Assembly (NCBI GenBank): GCA_023228295.1
Contig: JALOBP010000003.1
Coordinates: 1,065 to 65,064 of the forward strand
Direction of reading: 5' to 3'
From: Methanoregula sp.
Lineage (GTDB): Archaea; Halobacteriota; Methanomicrobia; Methanomicrobiales; Methanospirillaceae
Length of the DNA: 64,000 nt
This document shows positions 49,423 to 58,517 of this stretch, one piece after another (position 1 is the first letter of the stretch; each line of letters opens with the position of its first letter). The notes under the pieces were generated by a model. The model had not been told where the DNA came from, made no database searches, and worked only from the letters and a program-made list of their open reading frames with translations. A program made the position numbers and the translations under genes.

Positions 49423-51324
49423 TCACATCACGAACACAAACAGCCCCAGTGTGGCAATGAGCAGGACGATCGTATGTTTGAACCCGGCCAGGATGCTGTT
49501 GGAGCTGAACTGCCCGGCCATGATCCCGGAGAATGTGGCGAGGATGACGGCGATATTGAACATCTCCGAGAGGTTACCGGCAGTATCGATACTAAGATTC
49601 ATACCTTCGCCTTTGAATGCTTCGAGGAATGGGACATTAAGCTGGTAAGCGGTGTAGAGGAAAATACCGAATGAGAGGTAGATGATCATCACATAAATGA
49701 TGGTAGTGTTGGAGCGTTCGCGTTTGAGTTTGAGGTAGTATTCGAAATCAGTGATAGCGATGATGAAAATCTGTCGGAGGTTCGTGGTGATCTCGCTTGC
49801 CCGGACGAGCAGGGAGATCGCACGCTTCACGGAAACCAGCCCGATCCGTTCTTCCATTCGGACGAGTGCGGTATTGACATATGCCCCTGATTCGATGTCC
49901 CGCGAGGCAACCGATAGTTCGGAACTGAGCACCCCGAGTTTTGCACCGGCAATCCGGTGGATTGCCTCGTGCAGGGTGATCCCGATATCTTTCATGTCCG
50001 AGAGTTCCCGCAGGAAATCCGGAAGATGTGCCTCGATGTTCCGGACATACCATCTCCTCCCTTCATAAGCAAGCGCTACGGGGGCCATGAACCCGATGAT
50101 GATGATGCAGACGACTGACTGCATCTGGTCGTGCAGGAAGATCTCATCAAAGCCCCCGGTAAACCAGAACAAGGTAATACTGGCGGCAATGATCCCGCCA
50201 AGGATAATACCATAGTTATAGCTGGTGATGTACGTCCGGAGCGGGTGGCGGAGCCGGCTGAGGAGCAGTTCGCGTTTTTTGCTCTCTTCAATTCGCTTGT
50301 AAAAGTCCTTGTTCTCCGGATCCTGTTCAAACAGGTTCCGGGCATTCTGTTCGCTGGCCCCGTGACCGAACTCGTGTTCCACCACTTCCTTTCGGGAGAC
50401 CTCCAGATTCTCCGGGGGAATCATCATGGATAGGATCCAGATAAGGACGATAGCCCCGGCCGGGATACAGATGTACATCATTGGCAGGATCCATTCCATA
50501 CCGGAAGAATTGGTCATCCCCTGTGCCACGATCATGATGATGAGAGCGATTGGCCCGGCAACAAATGCTGTTACGTACACCTCGGCCATGATCTCGATGG
50601 TCTTCAACGTCAGTTCGAGTTCCTGTTTGGCCTGATCGCGGTAATACTCGGTCTTTGCGCCAAGGTAATTGGTAACATCGCCGCCACTGTCAAAGACGAT
50701 GCCGAGATCGTTGATGAAGTCCCGCAGGTTGGGCGATGGCGTGGTATGCTGCAGGTTCTTCATGGCCTTATCGAGATCGTCCCCGAAGAGTTCCACGTCT
50801 CGGACGATCATCCCGAACTCTTTTGAGATCTCGCCAAACATCTCCTGCTCCTCGTACACCTTGTGGATGATCTGGTACGGGGGCATGGTGGTGGAGAGAG
50901 CCTGCATGTAGGAGATCGCATACGGCATATCCAGTTCGATCCTGCTTTTCCGCCCGTGGGCAACCATCTCCGGGTAATAGATCTGCATCAGGTACTGACC
51001 GGGGACAAAGAGGACAAAGATGATGAGCCAGAGCACGGGATCGCTGGTCATGAAGCCGAATATCTCCAGCTCGAACCCGCTGAACTGCAATATCCCCCAG
51101 AGTGCCGCCAGCATGAGAGTTGTATAGATGAGGTTGAGCCGAGTTGTCCGCAGATATTCCTCAGCCGTTACCGGCATATGGGCTGAACGCAGGACTTTTC
51201 TTAAGTTATTGCCATGGATCGATAACTCGAAATCCGTGAGTTTCTTCTCTGCGTGCCGGATAAATGGGGGAGGGGTAATATTCACATCCACGTCATTCAC
51301 CCAGGTCGTGGATGGCGTTGGCAA
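49423..51324 (-). CDS. Type IV pilus platform protein with two fused TadC/FlaJ (T2SSF) domains
   Basis: IELDMPYAISYMQAL..FGEISKEF and second repeat IEAHLPDFLREL..LGVLSSEL. Confidence 0.88.
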   Translation of the reverse strand: MPTPSTTWVNDVDVNITPPPFIRHAEKKLTDFELSIHGNNLRKVLRSAHMPVTAEEYLRTTRLNLIYTTLMLAALWGILQFSGFELEIFGFMTSDPVLWLIIFVLFVPGQYLMQIYYPEMVAHGRKSRIELDMPYAISYMQALSTTMPPYQIIHKVYEEQEMFGEISKEFGMIVRDVELFGDDLDKAMKNLQHTTPSPNLRDFINDLGIVFDSGGDVTNYLGAKTEYYRDQAKQELELTLKTIEIMAEVYVTAFVAGPIALIIMIVAQGMTNSSGMEWILPMMYICIPAGAIVLIWILSMMIPPENLEVSRKEVVEHEFGHGASEQNARNLFEQDPENKDFYKRIEESKKRELLLSRLRHPLRTYITSYNYGIILGGIIAASITLFWFTGGFDEIFLHDQMQSVVCIIIIGFMAPVALAYEGRRWYVRNIEAHLPDFLRELSDMKDIGITLHEAIHRIAGAKLGVLSSELSVASRDIESGAYVNTALVRMEERIGLVSVKRAISLLVRASEITTNLRQIFIIAITDFEYYLKLKRERSNTTIIYVMIIYLSFGIFLYTAYQLNVPFLEAFKGEGMNLSIDTAGNLSEMFNIAVILATFSGIMAGQFSSNSILAGFKHTIVLLIATLGLFVFVM

Positions 51325-53260
51325 GATCGTGGATGGTGGGAGTCTCGACCTTCATGGCCCAGGTGAAGAACTCCTCGCGCATCTTTAGCTGGCGTGCAAG
51401 TTCATCTGCACCCCACCCGCAATGGAACGCGATCTCGTCAAGGACCCGGGACGTTTCAAATTTTTTCGTAAACGAGTCGCTGTGGATATCCCATTCAAAG
51501 AGCAGCCGTGGTACGATCTCACCGCTCTTTGTCACTTCGACCTCATGGATGGAGAGGTTCCGCCGGATCCGCCGCTTGCCGAGGGTGTAGATTGACTGAA
51601 CGACAACAAGGTCGAGCGCCTGGAACATGACCGACGGGACATTGATGGGATCGTGGGTCAGCCGGTTTATAGCTTCATACACGCTGCCGGCGTGGATGGT
51701 GGAAAGGGTGGCATGGCCGGAGTTCATGGCCTGGAAGAGGGTCTGGGCTTCGCGGCCACGGACCTCGCCGACAATGATGAACTCCGGGCGCTGCCGCATG
51801 CAGGCTTTGAGGAGCGAGAACATGTCGATATCGCCTTTCATACCTTCCGAGGTGAGTTCCCGTGTCTGGGTGGGGAGCCAGTTCTTGTGCGGGAGCTGGA
51901 TCTCGCGGGTGTCCTCTAAGGAAACGATCTTGGCATTCTGCGGGATGAAGAGCGAGACCGCGTTCATCATAGAAGTCTTGCCGCTCGCAGTACCGCCAAC
52001 AACCAGCAGGCTTTTGTGGTGCTCGATGGCAAGCCAGAGGTATGCAAGGGTCTCGGCACTGAATGTACCGAACCGGAGAAGGTCGATCGGGGTCATGGGT
52101 TCTGCCCGGAACTTCCGGATAGTGAATGAACTGCCCTTGGTAGAGACCACATCGCTGTAAGTAATCTGGACCCGCGCCCCGTCGGGCAGGGTGGCATCGG
52201 CAAGGGGGTTGGAGAGCGATATCTGCTTGTTGGCTTTCTGGGCAAGCTTGAGCACGAACTGGTTCAGCTCGCTTTCTGAAAAGACGATATTCGTAGGCAG
52301 GCTGCCGTAGGCACGGTGGAAGATAAACACCGGATGGCTGTGGCCATTGCAGCTGATGTCCTCAAGGGCCGGGTCCCGCATGAGGACTTCGAGAGGGCCG
52401 TAGCCGGAAAGGTCCCGTTTGATATAATAATTGAGGATACGGATCCGCTCTTCCGTGATGCCGGGGTCGAACTCACGGATGATCCTGTCGACAACCGCAG
52501 GTTCGATATGCGTTTCCCTTCCGTTTTCTGACTCGTCAAAGATGATGACGTCTCTCAGGCGGGCATGGGTCTCGAGCAGGATAACCTTCTCCTTCTGGCT
52601 GACCGCAGGTTCCGTGACAAAGTAGGTGAAGCCCACGGTTCCCATCCGTTGGATCTTGACATACGAGTACGGTTCTGCTACCCAGTACCATTCCAGTTCC
52701 GTAAGAGAGGGTTCGTCCAGCTCCGGACGGGGACGGTCCTGCGAAGATTCCGGCGGTTCGTCCGGCCCTGTTCCGGACACGACCGGAACCGGGGCGATTG
52801 GAGCTGCTTCGGCCGGAACTGGACTGGCAGGTTTCCCGAACGCAAACCATGACTTACGCTCGTACCGGGTCTTGAGAACAAGGCCGGAGGTGGCGAGTGT
52901 GAGGAGGGCTGCAAGGGAGACGGCTGCCATTAGGAGGAGATCGAGATCGACAAGGAGCGCTACATATGTGGTGGCAAGTGCGGCAAAGACGAGGATACCG
53001 GTCATGATAATCCCATCCTGCGTGGGAGCGCAGAAGTAGTCGAGGGCTTTTGAGTACCAGTAGTTCACCTGCGGGGGGAGGCCGGGCCGGGGCGGGAGTT
53101 CCACGGTAACTGTGACGGGAACCTGGGTCGGCTCGTGCCGTTCTTCCGCTTGCCCCAGGCCAGGGATCTGCTCTTTCAAATTGACAAGGGCTCCCAAGAC
53201 GCCGTTAAGGGAGATGATGGACATAACAGCTGAAAGAATGATCGGGATATTCGGGAGCAT
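51293..53260 (-). CDS. Type IV pilus assembly ATPase (VirB11/FlaI/CpaF family) with N-terminal TM extension
   Basis: LEDISCNG, FTIRKF, GGTASGKTS, SLEDTRE, RQRPEFIIVGEVRGREA, GHATLSTIHA. Confidence 0.93.
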   Translation of the reverse strand: MLPNIPIILSAVMSIISLNGVLGALVNLKEQIPGLGQAEERHEPTQVPVTVTVELPPRPGLPPQVNYWYSKALDYFCAPTQDGIIMTGILVFAALATTYVALLVDLDLLLMAAVSLAALLTLATSGLVLKTRYERKSWFAFGKPASPVPAEAAPIAPVPVVSGTGPDEPPESSQDRPRPELDEPSLTELEWYWVAEPYSYVKIQRMGTVGFTYFVTEPAVSQKEKVILLETHARLRDVIIFDESENGRETHIEPAVVDRIIREFDPGITEERIRILNYYIKRDLSGYGPLEVLMRDPALEDISCNGHSHPVFIFHRAYGSLPTNIVFSESELNQFVLKLAQKANKQISLSNPLADATLPDGARVQITYSDVVSTKGSSFTIRKFRAEPMTPIDLLRFGTFSAETLAYLWLAIEHHKSLLVVGGTASGKTSMMNAVSLFIPQNAKIVSLEDTREIQLPHKNWLPTQTRELTSEGMKGDIDMFSLLKACMRQRPEFIIVGEVRGREAQTLFQAMNSGHATLSTIHAGSVYEAINRLTHDPINVPSVMFQALDLVVVQSIYTLGKRRIRRNLSIHEVEVTKSGEIVPRLLFEWDIHSDSFTKKFETSRVLDEIAFHCGWGADELARQLKMREEFFTWAMKVETPTIHDLANAIHDLGE

Positions 53261-53364
53261 GAAGGGCCTCGCTTGAATATGAATCCTGATATTCCTGTTG
53301 CGATATCAACAGGATTGGTTAGGAATTCTGGGACAAGTATCAGTGTAGTATGTTCGGGCGCCAT

Positions 53365-53515
53365 GTAATAAATTCTTACGTTTTTGTGTTACGACATCCG
53401 TATGAAGAGAGATCGGGCCAGAATACACCGAAATAGTATTAAAAATTTGTTTGAGAGTTATGAAAAGGCATATTTTTATAGCATTGAGTATTACGAAAAG
53501 TGATAGATTTATTAA
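53365..53515. promoter_or_regulatory. Divergent ATPase/pilin promoter with three putative operators (53365-53392, 53436-53463, 53488-53515)
   Basis: GTAATAA-N14-GTGTTAC, GTATTAA-N14-GTTATGA, GTATTAC-N14-TTATTAA. Confidence 0.55.
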
Positions 53516-53551
53516 CAATAAGTCTGCATTATCATATATGTAAGAGGAATT

Positions 53552-54259
53552 ATGATGAATTCAAACAGGAAAATGCGGGATGCAGGAGTTTCACCGGTCG
53601 TTGGTGTGATGCTGATGCTCGTTGTCACCATCATTATCGCAGCAGTGGTGAGCGCTTTTGCCGGTGGGATGGGCAAGACCACGGAGAAAGCGCCAACTGT
53701 TTCAATGGAGTGCCGTATCGCTAATGGCGGGACGTGGGGTTCCAGCGAGTTCGACTGCGCTGTACTCGGTACCAGTGATGCAATCCCGACTAAGGATCTG
53801 AAGATTATTACTTCATGGACTGCACGTGATGGCACCAAGGGTGGGGGCACGGTGGTTGGTCCGAACAGCACGTTCCCCAACACCAGAACACACAGCGGGG
53901 GTGGCACGCAATACAACTCACCACTGGGATTTGGGCCGGGAGTCGGGATTACTATGTCAACGGGATCGTATTATCCCGATCAATCATATGGTAACTATTC
54001 CCTTGTGGCGGGAACCCACATGCACAATGTGCCGTATGGATATCTGCCCTCATATGGTGGGTATGGCGTGAGTGTAGACAATCGATTTAATTACACATTT
54101 GGCACAGCATATCAGACCGATGATGTGGACGCATTACAGGCAATTCTTGGAGACAACTGGGAAACACTCCGGCAGGGCGATATAGTAGAACTGAGGATGT
54201 TCCACATTCCCAGCGGCAAGATCATCTATGAAAAAGATGTAACCGTAGGGGGACAGTGA
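53552..54259 (+). CDS. Archaeal type IV pilin, subtype A
   Basis: RDAG-VSPVVGVMLMLVVT; IPTKDLKIITSW; FHIPSGKIIYEKDV. Confidence 0.9.
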   Translation: MMNSNRKMRDAGVSPVVGVMLMLVVTIIIAAVVSAFAGGMGKTTEKAPTVSMECRIANGGTWGSSEFDCAVLGTSDAIPTKDLKIITSWTARDGTKGGGTVVGPNSTFPNTRTHSGGGTQYNSPLGFGPGVGITMSTGSYYPDQSYGNYSLVAGTHMHNVPYGYLPSYGGYGVSVDNRFNYTFGTAYQTDDVDALQAILGDNWETLRQGDIVELRMFHIPSGKIIYEKDVTVGGQ

Positions 54260-54831
54260 TGAAATCACGGTCAAATGGTGAGGCTGTGTCCCCGGTTGTC
54301 GGTGTGATGCTCATGCTTGTTGTCGTCATCATCATTGCCGCAGTTGTGAGCGCTTTTGCCGGAGGTTTGACAACGACCAAGGATAAAGCACCAACCACCC
54401 AGATTCGTGCCGATTACAGCGTGACCAATGGGATGAAGATCGAACATGTCGGGGGAGATACAATTCCCACCATGGGAACGACTGTTATGGTGCGCCCTTC
54501 AAAAACATGGGGGACTGCCGATCATATTACATCAATTGTAAACAAGTCTTCCATCACTAACGGCGGTAAGGATAATGGAGTGTATACCGGTACATCAAAT
54601 CCCTGCAAATTCTGGCTTAAACCAACGGGGTCTTCTGATATCAAATCTTTTGCAACTGGGGATGTTGCCTATATCAAGCCACCCTATAATGAAGGACCAT
54701 TCCTGAACACAGGAAGTAGTAAAACATACTGGTTCAATCGCACAGATGCCGTTGGGCGGACATTCTGGCTTGAACTTGCCGATGAGGGCGGACGGGTGTT
54801 TGCGAAAACTGAGGTAACCGTTGCACCTTAA
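54256..54831 (+). CDS. Archaeal type IV pilin, subtype B
   Basis: GEA-VSPVVGVMLML; EHVGGD. Confidence 0.9.
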   Translation: MMKSRSNGEAVSPVVGVMLMLVVVIIIAAVVSAFAGGLTTTKDKAPTTQIRADYSVTNGMKIEHVGGDTIPTMGTTVMVRPSKTWGTADHITSIVNKSSITNGGKDNGVYTGTSNPCKFWLKPTGSSDIKSFATGDVAYIKPPYNEGPFLNTGSSKTYWFNRTDAVGRTFWLELADEGGRVFAKTEVTVAP

Positions 54832-54835
54832 GGAG

Positions 54836-55555
54836 ATGATGATTGTGAAAAGAGAGAGTCCAACAACAGAAAACGCAGTTTCGCCGGTCATTGGGGTAAT
54901 GCTCATGCTGGTCGTTGTCATTATCATCGCTGCTGTGGTCAGCGGGTTTGCCGGTTCACTCGTGAGTGGTGAAAAGAAAGCTCCGCAGATGTCTGCTGAA
55001 ACCACAATCGCCAATACGGGATATTATTACGGGAGTTATTTCTCGATTGTCGTAACCGGTGTTAGCGAACCGATCCCCAGCAGGGATCTCAAACTTGTTA
55101 CTTCCTGGACGGCACGGGATGGCACAACAAACACAACATCGGTTCTTCCCCTGGTTGGTAATTACCAGTACGGGACTATGACGTCCAAGTCCATCGCTCC
55201 ATGGGGCAATGGTCCGGGCATTACCAGTTATGGTATGTTCGAAACAAAAACACCGGAACAGCTCTTCGGGAATTTCACGATAACTTCCGGGACCTCCATC
55301 CACGCATCCCCGATGGGACTCTGGGATCCGGCAGCAGTTGCTGCACATGGGGGATATGGACCCGATACACCGACCTATCAGTATGTCGATGGGACACAAT
55401 TCCTTCCATTAAGCGGGGAGACTGATGGAATGCAGGCAGTCCTGGGTATCGACTGGAATAAACTCCGGGAGGGGGATATCGTAAATGTTAAGTTGATCCA
55501 TGTCCCCTCCGGGAAAATCATATTAGACCAGAATGTGGCTGTGAGAGGTGGATGA
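54836..55555 (+). CDS. Archaeal type IV pilin, subtype A
   Basis: ENA-VSPVIGVMLML; IPSRDLKLVTSW; IHVPSGKIILDQNV. Confidence 0.9.
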   Translation: MMIVKRESPTTENAVSPVIGVMLMLVVVIIIAAVVSGFAGSLVSGEKKAPQMSAETTIANTGYYYGSYFSIVVTGVSEPIPSRDLKLVTSWTARDGTTNTTSVLPLVGNYQYGTMTSKSIAPWGNGPGITSYGMFETKTPEQLFGNFTITSGTSIHASPMGLWDPAAVAAHGGYGPDTPTYQYVDGTQFLPLSGETDGMQAVLGIDWNKLREGDIVNVKLIHVPSGKIILDQNVAVRGG

Positions 55556-56117
55556 AATGAGATGGAATAGGGAAAATGCAGTTTCACCGGTCGTTGGGGT
55601 GATGTTGATGCTAGTCGTCACAATCATCATCGCAGCCATTGTCAGCGCCTTTGCCGGAGGCATGGGAAGTTCACAGGAAAAAGTACCGCAAGTTACACTC
55701 AAAGCTGAATACAGCATATCCGATGGTATGAAGATCTATCATAACGGGGGGGATTCCCTGACCGTGGGTGATTTCAAAATCCTGCTCTCACCGTCTAATA
55801 ATTTTGATAACAGTGAATCAAGGACATACATTAATGAGATTGATCAGAGCATTATCCAGAACGGTCCAAATCCCTCATCAGCAAACTGGTTCCGGTCGAA
55901 TAATGGTGGAAGAGAAGTGTTTCGTTTCTCTCCAGGAGATATTGCGTACATCAATGCGACAAACAGTAATACAGAGACACTAACACCCAATATGATATAC
56001 AACGGTGCCAATTATGGTATCAATCAAACCAGCAAGGTTGGGGCAACATTTTTCCTTGATTTCGTCACTAAAGATGGCAAGAAGATCGCACGGATAGAAG
56101 TTCCCATCCAATCCTGA
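55548..56117 (+). CDS. Archaeal type IV pilin, subtype B
   Basis: RENA-VSPVVGVMLML; YHNGGD. Confidence 0.9.
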   Translation: MDEMRWNRENAVSPVVGVMLMLVVTIIIAAIVSAFAGGMGSSQEKVPQVTLKAEYSISDGMKIYHNGGDSLTVGDFKILLSPSNNFDNSESRTYINEIDQSIIQNGPNPSSANWFRSNNGGREVFRFSPGDIAYINATNSNTETLTPNMIYNGANYGINQTSKVGATFFLDFVTKDGKKIARIEVPIQS

Positions 56118-56348
56118 TTCTCTTTTTTTTTCACAGGTTCTGAAGATGTTAAGTCGTATACGAATATCATCGACGGCCATTCAGTATCCCGTACAGATTA
56201 CCTGTAATTCTCCTCTCCACCTCATCACATGTCGTATATGTCAGTGAGTTGTTCCAGTAATGATGAGGAATTTTGGTGGTTTCGTTCTTAATTTTCATAA
56301 AAAAATACACAATTTTTTCCATGCTATCTTTTACAATGATCTGATCTG

Positions 56349-56376
56349 TTACTACAAAAATAAAAATTAATAACAC
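56349..56376. promoter_or_regulatory. Putative operator TTACTAC-N14-ATAACAC just upstream of chlD
   Basis: Same spacing; spacer AAAAATAAAAA matches that of the 41849 site read on the reverse strand. Confidence 0.45.
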
Positions 56377-56399
56377 TTGAGATACCACTATCCTCTTAC

Positions 56400-57464
56400 A
56401 TGTCACACCACATCCGCCGGAATATCCTGCCGTTCACGGCCATCGTCGGCCAGGACCAGATGAAACAGGCACTCATCCTCAATGCCATCAACCAGCGCAT
56501 CGGAGGGGTCCTGATCCGGGGTGAGAAAGGTACCGCAAAATCAACGGCCGTACGGGCCCTTGCCGAGATCCTTCCCGTCATCGGGATCGTCCGGGGCTGC
56601 CCGTTCAACTGCAACCCGGCAAACGAACAGGAGCTCTGCGATATCTGCAATGAGAAGATCGAGAGTGGTGAGAAGATCGAGACGCTCAACAAAAAGGTGC
56701 AGGTGATCACCCTCCCGCTCGGATCAACCGAGGACCGGGTTATCGGCACCATCGACATCGAGCGGGCGATAAAAGAAGGTATCAAAGCGCTGGAGCCGGG
56801 GATTCTTGCGGCCGTGAACCGGGGCATCCTCTATATCGATGAGGTGAACCTGCTGGACGACCATGTGGTGGATGTGCTGCTGGACTCCGCGGCCATGGGC
56901 GTCAACGTTGTCGAGCGCGAAGGGATCTCCCTCTCCCACCCGGCAAAATTCATCCTGATCGGGACCATGAACCCAGAGGAAGGGGAACTTCGCCCCCAGA
57001 TGCTCGACCGCTTCGGCTTGCAGGTGACCGTTGAGGGCATTGCGGATGTGGATGACCGGGTCGCGATTGTGCAGGTTGCCGATGAATTCGAGACCGACCC
57101 GCAGGTTTTCATGCAGAAATACGAACCGGAGCAGAGGCGTTTGACCGAGAAAATTGTCACGGCCAAGAAGATCCTTTCGCAGGTAAAGATATCCGATGCC
57201 ATTGTCCGGAAGATTGCCGAGACATGCGTACAGATGGGAGTCATGACCCACCGGGCAGAGATAACTATCGTGCGGACTGCCAAGACCATCGCGGCATTCA
57301 ATGGCCGCGAGGAGGTCACAGTCGAGGATGTCCGCGAGGCAATGGCCCTTGCCCTGCCCCACCGGATGCGGAAGAAGCCGTTCGAGGACCCCCGCGTTGA
57401 CCAGCAGAAGATCAACGAGATGATGCAGGACGAGCAAAAAAAAACGACCGTGAGCCAGAGCTAG
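56400..57464 (+). CDS. chlI: Chelatase AAA+ subunit (ChlI-like; 0-frame product of a frameshifted chlD)
   Basis: [45 protein letters not shown]. Confidence 0.92.
   Translation: MSHHIRRNILPFTAIVGQDQMKQALILNAINQRIGGVLIRGEKGTAKSTAVRALAEILPVIGIVRGCPFNCNPANEQELCDICNEKIESGEKIETLNKKVQVITLPLGSTEDRVIGTIDIERAIKEGIKALEPGILAAVNRGILYIDEVNLLDDHVVDVLLDSAAMGVNVVEREGISLSHPAKFILIGTMNPEEGELRPQMLDRFGLQVTVEGIADVDDRVAIVQVADEFETDPQVFMQKYEPEQRRLTEKIVTAKKILSQVKISDAIVRKIAETCVQMGVMTHRAEITIVRTAKTIAAFNGREEVTVEDVREAMALALPHRMRKKPFEDPRVDQQKINEMMQDEQKKTTVSQS
57435..57446 (+). other. Putative -1 frameshift / slippage site (A9 run, 57436-57444)
   Basis: CAA AAA AAA ACG; 0-frame stop at 57462-57464; the -1 frame is open to 58462. 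Confidence 0.75.
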
Positions 57465-58462
57465 ACAATCCCCCCCCACCACATCAGCAGGAACAGCAGG
57501 CTCCTCCACCCCCGCCGCCTCCGGAGAGCGAAGACCCGCAGGATCCCGGGAACAATGGTGCACCGGCACCCCAACCCCCGCCGGAACTTGTTTTTGATAT
57601 CGGAAAACCCATCGAGACCTCGCAAATCCGGTACGATGACTGCAAAGACCGGATGAAGCGACTCTCTGTATCCGGCCGCCGGGTCGATACGATTTCAGCC
57701 GAGAACCGTGGCAGGTACGCGAAGGTCCGGATGCCGCACGATCTCACGGATATCGCATTTGATGCCACCCTGCGGGCCGCCGCTCCCCACCAGAAGGACC
57801 GGGCACAGGAAGGGATGAGTATCGTTATCCGGGATGCAGATATCCGGGAGAAGAGCCGTGTCGGCAAGGTCTCGGTCACCTGCGTCTTTGTTGTCGACAT
57901 CAGCGGATCCATGGGGGCAGAGAAGCGAATGGAGAGCGCGAAGGGTGCAGTCCTCTCCCTGCTTGAGGATGCCTACCGGAACCGGGACCGGGTCAGCCTT
58001 GTTGCATTCCGGGGCAACGATGCCGAGATCGTGATGCCCCTCTCAAGCAGTGTCGATCTGGCGTACAAGCAGCTCAAAGAGATGCCCACCGGGGGAAAGA
58101 CGCCGCTTGCCCGCGGGCTCATGAAAGGGTACGAGGTTCTCATGAACGAGAAGAAGAAGCGCAAGGAGATCATCCCGCTCCTCGTCCTCATCTCTGACGG
58201 CAGGGCCAACACCGGATATGGAAAAAATATCAAAGATGAGATCCTTTCAATCGCGGGCCAGCTCCGCGAAGAGCGAATTCATACGGTCATCATCGATACC
58301 GAATCGGTGAAGCGATCGTTTGTGAACTTCCAGCTGGGATACTGCAGGGATATTGCCGAAGCATCTGGCGGATCCTATTATCCGCTCAGCGAATTGACCG
58401 TGCAGGGTGTGACCGCGATCGCGCAGGGGGAGAAAGAGCATCTCCTCTCATCAATGCTGTGA
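57443..58462 (+). CDS. chlD: -1 frame continuation of chlD: Pro/acidic linker + vWA domain (full ChlD about 687 aa from 56400)
   Basis: [24 protein letters not shown] linker, [37 protein letters not shown]. Confidence 0.88.
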   Translation, partial: NDREPELDNPPPPHQQEQQAPPPPPPPESEDPQDPGNNGAPAPQPPPELVFDIGKPIETSQIRYDDCKDRMKRLSVSGRRVDTISAENRGRYAKVRMPHDLTDIAFDATLRAAAPHQKDRAQEGMSIVIRDADIREKSRVGKVSVTCVFVVDISGSMGAEKRMESAKGAVLSLLEDAYRNRDRVSLVAFRGNDAEIVMPLSSSVDLAYKQLKEMPTGGKTPLARGLMKGYEVLMNEKKKRKEIIPLLVLISDGRANTGYGKNIKDEILSIAGQLREERIHTVIIDTESVKRSFVNFQLGYCRDIAEASGGSYYPLSELTVQGVTAIAQGEKEHLLSSML

Positions 58463-58517
58463 GGGAGATCCAACAGGTGTCCTACGGAGAGCCACCCCCA
58501 CCTGCCAATGACTGCAG

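Noticed and set aside
40643-56117. Archaellum operon or conductive-pilus interpretation
   Set aside because: No archaellin, FlaH, FlaF/G or chemotaxis genes; aromatic content alone cannot support conductivity
56260-56344. Possible C/D-box sRNA (TGATGA ... CTGA)
   Set aside because: Boxes ~80 nt apart with no internal C'/D' boxes; the region overlaps the chlD promoter
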